The notes under the pieces were generated by a model that did not search any database, was not told the origin of the DNA, and saw only the letters and a list, made by a program, of their open reading frames with translations. The position numbers were made by a program, and so were the translations under genes. From a virus (Duplodnaviria > Caudoviricetes): a stretch of 36,245 bases of DNA. This document shows, piece after piece, positions 27,501 to 36,245 of the stretch. Position 1 is the stretch's first letter, and every line of letters begins with the position of its first letter. The stretch is from the IMG/VR virus record IMGVR_UViG_3300016472_000018, positions 1-36,245 of that record. One strand, written 5' to 3'.

Positions 27501-28144
27501 TACATCACCAAAGGCTTGTAAGGTCTGAGCAATTGGTCAATCGCCCACGGAATCTGCTTCAAATTTTCTGCCGACGTTGCAGAGCGGTTGTTGTACAAGT
27601 GCGTGAGAAGCATGAGACCGGCTTGCTTGACCACAGGATACTGACCAATGACTGAGCCTTGTAAGGTGTACTGACAAAGCATAGGAGCAGTCATGTAGGT
27701 GTTGATGTTGTTGGGAACCTCGAACAAAACCACCTTATTACCTGTCGGGTCATAATAATAATTCGTGCTTGCAATTGTCGTAAGCACAGGTGGATTTACA
27801 TCTGTATAATATTTCACCCAATTGATCGTGACACCATTCTGTGAAACTTCAGGAAGATCAAGACTTACAGGAGCTGCCATAAGCCCCGAAATCATGTACG
27901 AGGCTTCATAGGTCACATTGAACACCGGAACGCCGAGATAGTCTTCTATTGCCATCCTGGCGGCAAGTTCTAATTGAGCCAGATAATCGTCTTGGCTTTC
28001 ATCCTGAAATAAATTCAACTGGTTGGTGATTTCGTCGTAAGTAAGCCATTGAGTAACCGGATCTCGATTACTCTGAATTACTTTTGCGTAGTTGAACGGG
28101 TTTCTAGAACCCGCTCCGAAGTTACCTTGCAGTTGTGATGGCAT
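27500..28144 (-). CDS. head-tail connector (HK97 gp6-like)
   Basis: DDYL..L..AAR..IEDYLG...VKQAGLMLLTHLYNNRS...LLRPYK. Confidence 0.9.
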   Translation of the reverse strand: MPSQLQGNFGAGSRNPFNYAKVIQSNRDPVTQWLTYDEITNQLNLFQDESQDDYLAQLELAARMAIEDYLGVPVFNVTYEASYMISGLMAAPVSLDLPEVSQNGVTINWVKYYTDVNPPVLTTIASTNYYYDPTGNKVVLFEVPNNINTYMTAPMLCQYTLQGSVIGQYPVVKQAGLMLLTHLYNNRSATSAENLKQIPWAIDQLLRPYKPLVM

Positions 28145-28145
28145 C

Positions 28146-29174
28146 TTAGGTTCCGATCAATCGAACGCCAGCAGTCACATCACGAACGGTCGAAACCATC
28201 CGCTTCTCAGCATAAATGGTAATCGTCCCAGGCTGGGTCTGCTCCATCCGCTGAAGCGTCATCTCTGAATGATCCACGATCCACATAAACCTCGGCCAAT
28301 TTGCAAGATAGATTGGAATCGCGCCGATTGCGGGCGCATCCAAGTAAGGATTCGCAATCACCGGCCAGCCCATAATGTTTACGCCTGGGCCTTCATCCTT
28401 TTCACCTGTCTCCACAAGCGCATACGAATTGCCGCCATGCGTATATTTTCGCAATGTGGCAATCGCAGTGGGGTGCATCATCCAAGCGGTTCCTGGCATT
28501 CTCCAAAACTGCCCAGGAAGAGCGCTCGCAACGTCTACAAGGCTTTCCCATTCAATACCGCCTGAATGTGCATAACCGACCGTATTAAGAGTGTGTATAC
28601 CGGCTGTAATGGCCGTTCCTGACGTTCCGTAAGCAGCAGATGATCCTGCGGTTCCAAGATACATCTTCAAGCCTCTAAGGCCGTTTGTCGCGCCTGTAGA
28701 GGTTGTTGTAGAGCCTGCCTGATCGTTATTGATTGCCATCGACGCAGCTTCGATCTGGCTAAACTCCATTGCGAGATCTTCAACAAGCGCTGCATCTAAT
28801 CCGTTGATGTCATCTATCGCCGCGGCACGAATTGGCATTTGAGCGGAAATAACACGCATCGGAAGTTGCCAAATGGATGTAGCGATATTGGGTGAACCTG
28901 AGTTCGCGTTAACCGTGTAACCCCACGGGTTTGTAGAATTTGCCGCATTACCGGTCTTAACCGTGAACTGAATATCCGAGTCTGCCGTTACTGTCTGATT
29001 GGCATAGACCCGAAATGGATTCCAGTAACGAAGAGATGCAAATACATTTTCGTTAAATACGCGACCGCCAACCCCGCTGCCTGAGCCGGTTAGGGCTGAG
29101 GCTTCCGCGAGATTGACAGTGCTTTTGCCCTCGTGGAGAGCCTTTTTCAAGCCTTCCAAAATCACATGTTTCAT
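28146..29174 (-). CDS. second HK97-fold capsid protein (paralog of MCP, lacks delta domain)
   Basis: Collinear similarity to the upstream MCP (EASALTGSG, VKTGNA, PIR.AA.DDI.GL, NNDQ, GLRGL, QT.PG.IT.Y.E.R, VRD..AGVR); GGAGA SD before ATG 29174. Confidence 0.9.
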   Translation of the reverse strand: MKHVILEGLKKALHEGKSTVNLAEASALTGSGSGVGGRVFNENVFASLRYWNPFRVYANQTVTADSDIQFTVKTGNAANSTNPWGYTVNANSGSPNIATSIWQLPMRVISAQMPIRAAAIDDINGLDAALVEDLAMEFSQIEAASMAINNDQAGSTTTSTGATNGLRGLKMYLGTAGSSAAYGTSGTAITAGIHTLNTVGYAHSGGIEWESLVDVASALPGQFWRMPGTAWMMHPTAIATLRKYTHGGNSYALVETGEKDEGPGVNIMGWPVIANPYLDAPAIGAIPIYLANWPRFMWIVDHSEMTLQRMEQTQPGTITIYAEKRMVSTVRDVTAGVRLIGT

Positions 29175-29177
29175 AGT

Positions 29178-29208
29178 CTCTCCAAAAGGGAGAGGGCTTG
29201 CGCCCTCT
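29178..29208 (-). promoter_or_regulatory. overlapping alternative hairpins between the capsid genes
   Basis: AGAGGGC-GCAA-GCCCTCT (29191-29208) versus CTCTCC-CTTTT-GGAGAG (29178-29194), which covers the SD. Confidence 0.55.
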
Positions 29209-29212
29209 TTTA

Positions 29213-30562
29213 TCAAGCAGCCGTAGCGGTCGAACGATAACGAACACCAGCGTTAGGATCGCGCACCGAAGTAGCTGCGCGAGTCTCGCCATAGAACGTG
29301 ATCGAACCTGGGAGGGTCTGATCGTAGCGACGGAGAACCATCGACAAACGCATCACCATTGTGTGGAACTGTTGCCAATCCGCAAAGTACATCGGATAGT
29401 AGGAGGTCGTTCCTGCTGCGCCGGTAGTGGGCTGGCTGGGGTTGTCAACATACTTGTTAACAACGACCTTGAACCCAAGCAACTCACCTACGATTCCATC
29501 AGTTCTGGAAAGACCGTCGATGTAGATCGGACGCTTTTGATCGTCCACAAGACCGCGGATGCCCTGAAGCAGGATCGGGTTAATCATGAACGCTGCACTG
29601 GGAGTCCAATATTGCTGTGGCAGGCTGTAAATAAAGTTTACAACGTCTTTGTAAACAATATTGTTAGCCGCGACCGTGTTGGCGTTCGTGGTCAACTGAT
29701 CGTAAGTAGCCAGGTTATGCAAACCGTTACTGGTTGCAGTTCCCGAAGTTCCAAACGAAGCTGTCGAGCAAGTACCGCCGGTGTAGGAAGCATTTGCGCC
29801 TGCATACTGATCCAAACCGCGCAGACCGTCAGCACCGCCCGTTGTTACCGAGGTTCCGGTTCCCGACTGATCGTTATTTTGGATCGCCGAGGTTGCCATT
29901 GCCTGCTGGAACTCCATCAACATGTCATCAACGACATTGGGCTCTAAACCGTCAATGTCATCAAGCGCTGCCGTACGGATCGGGAACTGAGCATTCAAGT
30001 CTTTAAGAATGACCTGCCAGATGCTCGTGGCTTCAGTCGTGGATGCGCCGTTGTTTTGAACGGTGTAGCCCCACTGTGCGCCTGCGTTGCCGGTCTTGAC
30101 GCGGAACTGATAAGCCGAACCATCAGTTGCGACGATGCGCGACAAACCCAACAATGGGTTTCCAAGACGCTTTGCAGCGAATACAGGATCGTAAGCGGTG
30201 CGGCCACCAACATCGTAACCTGAGCCTGTAAGAGCCGAGGCTTCGTTGATGTAGGCTTCACACTGATCGACAGATTCAAAAATCTTGATCTCGCGCTCAA
30301 TGTTGTTCCCACCCTTCACATATTCCTTAAGCACATCACGGAAGCGACGATTTGCTTCGCCACGGACAGTCTTGTGAATAGGACGGATGATAGAAGGAGC
30401 GGCAACTTTTGCCTCCAACGCGGCAATCTTTGCTTCGGTTTCGGTTTTAACAGCCTCGACAGCCTCAGCAACTTTTGCTTCAACAGCCTGAGTGGTTTCT
30501 GCCAGCTTGGCAGCGTTGGATGCTTCGATTGCATCCAGTTTTTCAATGACTTTATCCAACAT
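29213..30562 (-). CDS. major capsid protein, HK97 family
   Basis: N-terminal coiled-coil delta domain; SLPQQY...AAFMINP...LVDDQKRPIY...LLGFKVVVNKY; follows the protease. Confidence 0.95.
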   Translation of the reverse strand: MLDKVIEKLDAIEASNAAKLAETTQAVEAKVAEAVEAVKTETEAKIAALEAKVAAPSIIRPIHKTVRGEANRRFRDVLKEYVKGGNNIEREIKIFESVDQCEAYINEASALTGSGYDVGGRTAYDPVFAAKRLGNPLLGLSRIVATDGSAYQFRVKTGNAGAQWGYTVQNNGASTTEATSIWQVILKDLNAQFPIRTAALDDIDGLEPNVVDDMLMEFQQAMATSAIQNNDQSGTGTSVTTGGADGLRGLDQYAGANASYTGGTCSTASFGTSGTATSNGLHNLATYDQLTTNANTVAANNIVYKDVVNFIYSLPQQYWTPSAAFMINPILLQGIRGLVDDQKRPIYIDGLSRTDGIVGELLGFKVVVNKYVDNPSQPTTGAAGTTSYYPMYFADWQQFHTMVMRLSMVLRRYDQTLPGSITFYGETRAATSVRDPNAGVRYRSTATAA

Positions 30563-30572
30563 TTTAAATCTC

Positions 30573-31337
30573 CTAACGGGTTGCGATTGCTTTCAGCAGC
30601 TCTCTGTATTCAAGCGCTTCTAGCAGTTTCACCGCTGCGTCCGAATCACTCGGGTTAGCGGGTTGCTTAACAGATTCAACGTCACGTTGTTCAATAATCT
30701 GTTTTAGCAATGCGGATGCAGCGGTGGCATCCTTTCTTGAAAGCCCTGCCTCACGCAGTGCCTTCTCGATTACTCTTGGATTGGGCTTATTGTCCATCCA
30801 ATACTCAAGTCTACTGATCTCAGCCTTTGGATTATTCGGCTGCATAACAATAGAAACCTCGGCTAAACCACCTTTGACGATCTGAAAAAACATGTCGGGA
30901 TCGTCTGTAGGCTCGCCATTTTCATCCACCATCTGATATTCATCAGCATAAGCACCAACAGATACACCGCCGACCATCCGTGGGCTTTCGCGCATGATTG
31001 TATATAAATCCGATCCTGCCGTGGTATTTAGGAAAATCTTTCCAGTTCCGGTCATACCTTCTTCGTTGATATCAAACTTCGACCACTCACCGACGGGCAT
31101 CATGTCGCTTGAATGTTGAAAGTACATCGGCAGCGGTCTGCCTGACTCTTGCCACATTTCGTGCCAGTTTTGAAAAGCCTCTGGCGTGTAAAAGAACCGT
31201 CTACCGTCTGCGCCTTCTCTTGCGCCCCAGGTTGTAAGCGTTGCTTCTATTTCGCCCGTGGGCTCGCCCGTTGCCTCGTCGGCTTTTCTGCCTAACTCAA
31301 CTTTGGCTTCGTAGAAAAAAGTGACATTTTTAGCCAT
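30573..31337 (-). CDS. prohead maturation protease (HK97 family, S78)
   Basis: LPMYFQH...PVGEW...GGVSVG...LAEVSIVMQPNNP.A; LREAGLSRKDA. Confidence 0.92.
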   Translation of the reverse strand: MAKNVTFFYEAKVELGRKADEATGEPTGEIEATLTTWGAREGADGRRFFYTPEAFQNWHEMWQESGRPLPMYFQHSSDMMPVGEWSKFDINEEGMTGTGKIFLNTTAGSDLYTIMRESPRMVGGVSVGAYADEYQMVDENGEPTDDPDMFFQIVKGGLAEVSIVMQPNNPKAEISRLEYWMDNKPNPRVIEKALREAGLSRKDATAASALLKQIIEQRDVESVKQPANPSDSDAAVKLLEALEYRELLKAIATR

Positions 31338-31437
31338 TTATCGGCTCCCTTTCCTTAATCTTTCCGTCTACCAACTTAGGTTTTGGCTTTCTCTTGTCTG
31401 CCGCGGCCTTGAGTTTCTCTAGCAGTTCTTTAAGCAT
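31330..31437 (-). CDS. small basic protein, 35 aa (MLKELLEKLKAAADKRKPKPK...)
   Basis: Fills the portal-protease gap and overlaps both genes. Confidence 0.45.
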   Translation of the reverse strand: MLKELLEKLKAAADKRKPKPKLVDGKIKEREPING

Positions 31438-32833
31438 TTCCTGCGCGTCCCGTTCTGCCAACAACTTTAAGGTTGCCGCCGCCTCCAGTGTCTTGCGGAG
31501 AACTACCGGAGATAGGACTAGTATCACCAGCGGCAAGCAACAAATCATCAGCGCCATCGAGATTATTAAGTCCAAGATATTCTCTAGCTTCGTTTTGCGT
31601 AAGAATCCCATTCTTAACCCCTGCAACCACATAATTCATTTGGTCTAATGGCGCACCTTTTAGGAAATCTTGCGTCTGAAACTGAATATGTAGATTTGGA
31701 TAACCTTTAAGCAAAGCTAATTTTAACCTTTGCTCAATATTGGTAATAAACGGCATCATCGTCGATTTATAAAACTCATCCAGCATCGTTTGTGTGTTGT
31801 TGTACTTAGATTCTCCGACTCCGATCATCGCAGGAGGAACACCAAACAATCCACAAATCCTTGTCATGGTTTGCTTCTTAAGCTCTCTAGCGTCCACATC
31901 TTGAAGGGTTAAAGGCTTGATTGCTTCGTAAGTCATGCCCTGATCTAACAACATCGACTGCCCTGGCTTGCTTTGATCCGAGGGCTGGCTATTAAGCATG
32001 TTCGTCCACGCTTCTTTAAGACGGGATGCGATCTCTTTAAACTTTGAGTCGGGAATGACTTGCTCGGTGCGGAACAAACCAGATGGCTTTGCGCCGTTCA
32101 GCATAATAAAGTTAGAGTAGAGATCAATATCCTGATCTAGCGAAACCAACTCCACAGCTTGCAAGCGGTTAAACGAACTTGAGCCTTGCCACGGCTCGCT
32201 TTTTGTGTGCATGACTTGGAAATACTTGAGCGGTTCGTCTTTGTTAAATCCGTAAGACGAACTGGTAAGCGTGTAAAACGGATAACGCGTCTCCGAGATC
32301 CTTGGCACGATTAACGTCGAATCTAAGACGTATATTTCTAAAGGTATCTGTGTTGGATCTTCTGCATTCTTTCGCCAAAGCAAAACAAATGTTTCGCCTG
32401 CAAGCTCATGCCACATTGTGAACTGATACCAAAACTCATACTGGCTTTGGAAATTATTAGGATTTGCAAGAAGATTAAGAACGCTAGATGCGCGGCTTTT
32501 TTCACGCTCAGGCACACTAGGATCGGTCTGTGTGTCTACAAACGTGCCGTCAGCTTGCTTAGACATGATCTTGATCGGAAGCTGCGCTAAAGACCTTGCT
32601 TTTGCTCCCACGCAAGCCATAACCGTCGAGTTTCTAGCAAGTGTCGTTATATCGACAGTTCGCCCTGCTTCATTAACAGCAGAGGTCGTTACATACAGTA
32701 ATTGGTTAGATCCGTAGCCCTGCCCCTTGCCACGGAGCATGACGTTGTTGCCTAAAACAGTGTTGCCAAAGAGCGAATTGCTACTATTATCGGCTATTTT
32801 TTTACGGAATATGTCGAATAAGCCCATTTTCAC
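31430..32833 (-). CDS. portal protein, HK97 family
   Basis: V.ACV...A.SLAQLP, LL.NPN.FQ, NGAKPSG, ICGLFGVPP.MIG, GILTQNEARE. Confidence 0.96.
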   Translation of the reverse strand: MKMGLFDIFRKKIADNSSNSLFGNTVLGNNVMLRGKGQGYGSNQLLYVTTSAVNEAGRTVDITTLARNSTVMACVGAKARSLAQLPIKIMSKQADGTFVDTQTDPSVPEREKSRASSVLNLLANPNNFQSQYEFWYQFTMWHELAGETFVLLWRKNAEDPTQIPLEIYVLDSTLIVPRISETRYPFYTLTSSSYGFNKDEPLKYFQVMHTKSEPWQGSSSFNRLQAVELVSLDQDIDLYSNFIMLNGAKPSGLFRTEQVIPDSKFKEIASRLKEAWTNMLNSQPSDQSKPGQSMLLDQGMTYEAIKPLTLQDVDARELKKQTMTRICGLFGVPPAMIGVGESKYNNTQTMLDEFYKSTMMPFITNIEQRLKLALLKGYPNLHIQFQTQDFLKGAPLDQMNYVVAGVKNGILTQNEAREYLGLNNLDGADDLLLAAGDTSPISGSSPQDTGGGGNLKVVGRTGRAGNA

Positions 32834-32835
32834 CC

Positions 32836-34494
32836 CTAGAAAACTCTGAATCCGTATGATTCAGATGGCATTGGATTGTCCAGACTACAGTGCATCGCAA
32901 TAATCAGGGCAATAATGCCGTCAACCTTAGCGTGACGATCCACACCGGCTTTCTTGACCTTAATGTTGCCCTGAACGTCTGTAAACACTTCGCAATTGCC
33001 CAATTGATGTCCTAAGAATGGGTTGCCATCGTGTTTAATCTTGTGGCCTAGTATCAGTCGCTCAACGTGTTTTGACGGGTTACTAAGAACCGCCATTCCC
33101 TGCCCGACTTTTTTAACTGGCATTCCGACTTCGTAGAGTCTAGCTACCAAAGCCGCTGCATTATATGCGTCATAGCCAACTTCTTTTATGTCGTATTTTT
33201 GGCTTTGCCCAATAATATACGCCGAAATTTCTCTGTCGTCCATCACATTGCCTTCAGTGATGTGCAAGATCCCCGAATTGATCGCCTGCCTAAAAATATC
33301 CTGATAATGAGTCGGCAGTAATTCAAACCCATCTTCGGGAAGGAAGAATTTCCATTCGGCTTCGTAATCGTCTTCGGCAAACCTTTTTAGCGTACAAACT
33401 GCGTTTAAATCTCGTGTCGCCGCTAGGTCAAAACCAATAAATACCGCTTCAGGTTCTCTTTCTGTCAGTCCTACGGATTCATCCCAATGTGTACGGTCAA
33501 CCCAGGCTGTCTCGGCTGACACATAAACATTAAGCGTTTTACAAAGAAACTCATTAAGCGCAGCGGGTTTAATCTTCGCTTCTTCGCATCTCGCAACAAT
33601 TGCATCGTGACTAACAGAGATATTGTGCATGGGATTAGCTTTTGCCCATGTCTTTTCGTCGCGCCAATCGTCGCCAGCATCCAACGAATAAAGCAACCCA
33701 AACCATCGCGGGTTATCGGGTACATCCTGGTGAAGAATATGCTCCATCACCTGGAGATCTTCAAAGAACTTTGTATCGCGGGTAAAAGAAGCGGTGGTTA
33801 TATATAGCCTTAACGGATTCGCTCGCGCTACCATCCCAGAATGCAAAACCTCAATCGTATTCCTGTCGATGATCTGAGAAGCCTCGTCAATGATCGCGCA
33901 AGACGGATTGAGCCCGTCACCCGTTCGTTTAGTATCCCTGCTGAGCGCTTTGAACATCGATTGAGAATCGCCGTTCTTCACTATCGTGAACTTGCCGGGG
34001 ATAAAAAGGCTAGAAACCTCTCTAGGCATAGTTTCAACGAAACCTTTAGCAGTCGTGAAAACAATGCTTGCCTGATCTCGATTAGTAGCGACTGTGTAAA
34101 CCTCCGCTCCCGCGTCACCAAAGGCGAGCTCGTAAAGCGCGATCAAAGCGGTAAGCGTTGATTTCCCTGCCTTGCGCGGGATGTAAACAATGACATCCTG
34201 AACCATGCGCTTAGACCGATCCCGCTTAAGACGGAATCCGTAGATCGCGCAGATGATGAGTATTTGAAAGGGCTCAAGGTTTACAGGTTGCCCTGCCCAT
34301 TGGCCCTTTACATGCCGGCAAAGACTCGTGAATTGTAGGAAGTGATTGACCGGCCCGGGATCAAATACCCATTCCCACTCTTTGTTTTCTAGGTGATTAA
34401 GAAACCGCTGGCAAGCTAACCGTACGTTTCGGCAAGCGTTGATCTCGCCTTTCGCTACCGCCGCTGCGTAAGTAATGCCATCTTCTAATCTCAT
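32836..34494 (-). CDS. terL: terminase large subunit
   Basis: LEPFQ, PRKAGKST, AIIDE, ITTA, W.KANP, GFDLA, DGNP, KVDGIIA. Confidence 0.97.
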   Translation of the reverse strand: MRLEDGITYAAAVAKGEINACRNVRLACQRFLNHLENKEWEWVFDPGPVNHFLQFTSLCRHVKGQWAGQPVNLEPFQILIICAIYGFRLKRDRSKRMVQDVIVYIPRKAGKSTLTALIALYELAFGDAGAEVYTVATNRDQASIVFTTAKGFVETMPREVSSLFIPGKFTIVKNGDSQSMFKALSRDTKRTGDGLNPSCAIIDEASQIIDRNTIEVLHSGMVARANPLRLYITTASFTRDTKFFEDLQVMEHILHQDVPDNPRWFGLLYSLDAGDDWRDEKTWAKANPMHNISVSHDAIVARCEEAKIKPAALNEFLCKTLNVYVSAETAWVDRTHWDESVGLTEREPEAVFIGFDLAATRDLNAVCTLKRFAEDDYEAEWKFFLPEDGFELLPTHYQDIFRQAINSGILHITEGNVMDDREISAYIIGQSQKYDIKEVGYDAYNAAALVARLYEVGMPVKKVGQGMAVLSNPSKHVERLILGHKIKHDGNPFLGHQLGNCEVFTDVQGNIKVKKAGVDRHAKVDGIIALIIAMHCSLDNPMPSESYGFRVF

Positions 34495-34964
34495 GTTCCG
34501 AATTTAGGACCGGACAGGAATTCGCCCATCTTGCTGCCATCCTCGAGTTTGTTTGCGGCCAGCCTCGAGCGAGGCGTAAGCCCCATTTCGTTCATTAGCT
34601 TGACTGCGTTTTCCATCGCTTTGTTAGCAAGGGATATGTAAGGGTTAGGGGCGTGTGTCTTGCCGCCGTTAGTCTTTACGACCAGCGGATGCTTGGCCTG
34701 TTCTTTTCGAGCGTCAATATAAAGCTGCACTTGATCTGCAAGCATCATCAGCGTGTGGCGATCCTGATCGGAGCCGATACCATAGACGGTATACAGATAG
34801 TCGGCGGTCTCACGAACAAACCGTTCTCGGCTAAAGAGGGTTGGATCGTCCGCCCACTCAGCGAACGGTACGCGGATCTTAATTTTCTCTGGCAATGGTA
34901 CGCCGGTGTTTTCGCCTTTTGTTCCGTGTACCAAATGAACTTCAGGTGGATATTTCCTCTGCAT
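34491..34964 (-). CDS. terS: terminase small subunit, P27 family
   Basis: NPYISLANKA...EMGLTPRSR. Confidence 0.92.
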   Translation of the reverse strand: MQRKYPPEVHLVHGTKGENTGVPLPEKIKIRVPFAEWADDPTLFSRERFVRETADYLYTVYGIGSDQDRHTLMMLADQVQLYIDARKEQAKHPLVVKTNGGKTHAPNPYISLANKAMENAVKLMNEMGLTPRSRLAANKLEDGSKMGEFLSGPKFGT

Positions 34965-36216
34965 TTTCGAGCCTCGCTTTCTGTCCGGTGAATTCTTCCC
35001 ATCGCTTAACGATGACGTCGCAGTATTTTGGGTCTAGTTCCATCATCCGACAATAGCGCCCAGTTTTTTCGCAAGCGATTAAGGTTGTTCCAGTCCCGCC
35101 AAAAGCATCTCCAATAATCATATTTTTTTTTGTAAATGAATTGATAGCCCACTCAGGGAAATCTACTGGAAATGTCGCCGCATGAATGTTTGAGAATTCA
35201 TTATTTCTATTTGGATTACCTTCGTAGACATTTTGAATTGTTCCTTGAAAGTCTGCCGTTGGAATGGATCTTGATGGATTTTCTGTTTGCCCTAAAAAAA
35301 TAATGTATTCAAACCTATTAGACATGACGTTTTTTGCTATTTGTGGCGCACCATGTTTTTTGTCCCAAATGGCAATGTCAATTAAATGATTCTTGTAAGT
35401 GGAAAGGTAATCTATAAAAGCGATTTTATTGCCGGCTAATTGCTGAATGTTTATCGCCATGCAACTACTTACCCACATCCATGCGTTTGTAAATCCACGC
35501 AAAAATTCCAAATAATCATCTTGCGTTTTGTCATCTCTATATGTTGCGTATTTATTGTCGGTTGTATGCGTATTGCCAGATAACTTTTCTGAATCCCCTG
35601 CGTTGTAAGGCGGGCTAGTAAACATAAAATTCACCTTATCACCGTTCATGAGCTTATCCACCGCATCCACGCTCGTACTATCACCGCACATAAGCCTATG
35701 CTTGCCTAGTATCCAAATGTCCCCATGCTTGGTAATAGGCTCCTCTGGAGTCTCAGGTACGGCATCCTCATCTGTAAGCCCTTCGTTTACAACCTCTGGT
35801 CTTAGCGCGTCTCTTTCCTCTTCACCAAAACCAACTAGGTTTAAATCTACGCCCTCAAGCTCCAACTCTTCGAGCTCAAGGTTCAATAGCTCCGCATCCC
35901 ATCCGGCATTCAACGCTAGTTTGTTGTCAGCAAGAATCAGCGCTTTCTTTTGAGTCTCGGAAAGATGGGTTAGTTCTATCACCGGAACTTCTTCCATCCC
36001 AAGTTTCCGAGCCGCAGCCAATCTTCCGTGGCCAGCAATCAAACCTTTCTTGCCATCAACCAAGATCGGGTTTGTCCAACCAAACTCTTTGATCGACGCA
36101 GCGATCTGCGCGACCTGCTCGTCTGAATGCGTTCTTGCGTTTCTTGCGTAAGGGGTGAGATCCCCCACGCGAGTCATGACCACGCGGGGAATTCCCTGGT
36201 TTTTTAAGCTACCCAA
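34942..36216 (-). CDS. ParB/Srx-like domain fused to DNA N4/N6 methyltransferase (start uncertain)
   Basis: PYARNARTHS..Q...IA.SI.EFGW.NPIL...AGHGRL; HRLMCGDS, FTSPPYN, HAATFP, DAFGGTGTT, MELDPKY. Confidence 0.93.
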   Translation of the reverse strand: MGSLKNQGIPRVVMTRVGDLTPYARNARTHSDEQVAQIAASIKEFGWTNPILVDGKKGLIAGHGRLAAARKLGMEEVPVIELTHLSETQKKALILADNKLALNAGWDAELLNLELEELELEGVDLNLVGFGEEERDALRPEVVNEGLTDEDAVPETPEEPITKHGDIWILGKHRLMCGDSTSVDAVDKLMNGDKVNFMFTSPPYNAGDSEKLSGNTHTTDNKYATYRDDKTQDDYLEFLRGFTNAWMWVSSCMAINIQQLAGNKIAFIDYLSTYKNHLIDIAIWDKKHGAPQIAKNVMSNRFEYIIFLGQTENPSRSIPTADFQGTIQNVYEGNPNRNNEFSNIHAATFPVDFPEWAINSFTKKNMIIGDAFGGTGTTLIACEKTGRYCRMMELDPKYCDVIVKRWEEFTGQKARLENAEEIST

Positions 36217-36245
36217 TTGGAATAATCCTTTTGCAGAAAGTTGAG

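Noticed and set aside
29174-29260. Frameshift or readthrough fusion of the two capsid proteins
   Set aside because: The -1 frame is open for a short stretch but has no slippery heptamer; there is a double stop and the second gene has its own SD and ATG
29198-29947. 249-aa plus-strand ORF
   Set aside because: Antisense to the MCP; no recognisable motifs
31438-31632. N-terminal extension of ORF 31330-31632
   Set aside because: Overlaps the portal C-terminus; only the last 35 codons are plausible

Overview
This window appears to be a near-complete (about 36.2 kb) HK97/lambda-like siphovirus genome with no recognisable integrase, repressor, tRNA, rRNA or CRISPR array. The minus strand from 36.2 kb to 10 kb carries a ParB-methyltransferase, small and large terminase, portal and prohead protease. 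It then carries two tandem paralogous HK97-fold capsid genes, head-tail and tail genes (with a -1 frameshift chaperone), tail tip, collagen (Gly-Pro-Thr), Mtd-like and LamG fibre genes, a GT2-TPR glycosyltransferase and a lysis cassette. A plus-strand block (7.2-10.1 kb) encodes recombination functions (ERF, SSB, YqaJ exonuclease). The minus strand from 5.5 kb to the left end has a replication initiator, DnaB-like helicase, MazG, small accessory genes with several deletion scars, a Dps/ferritin-like gene and an HNH packaging nuclease. Three candidate systems stand out. (1) A two-capsid-protein head, where the second protein lacks the delta/scaffold domain and sits behind a pair of mutually exclusive RNA hairpins. 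(2) A putative virion O-glycosylation module (GT2-TPR plus GPT collagen fibres) resembling SgtA/BclA3. (3) A structured, C4-like leader RNA in front of the replication initiator. All family calls come from recognising motifs by eye; no searches were run.
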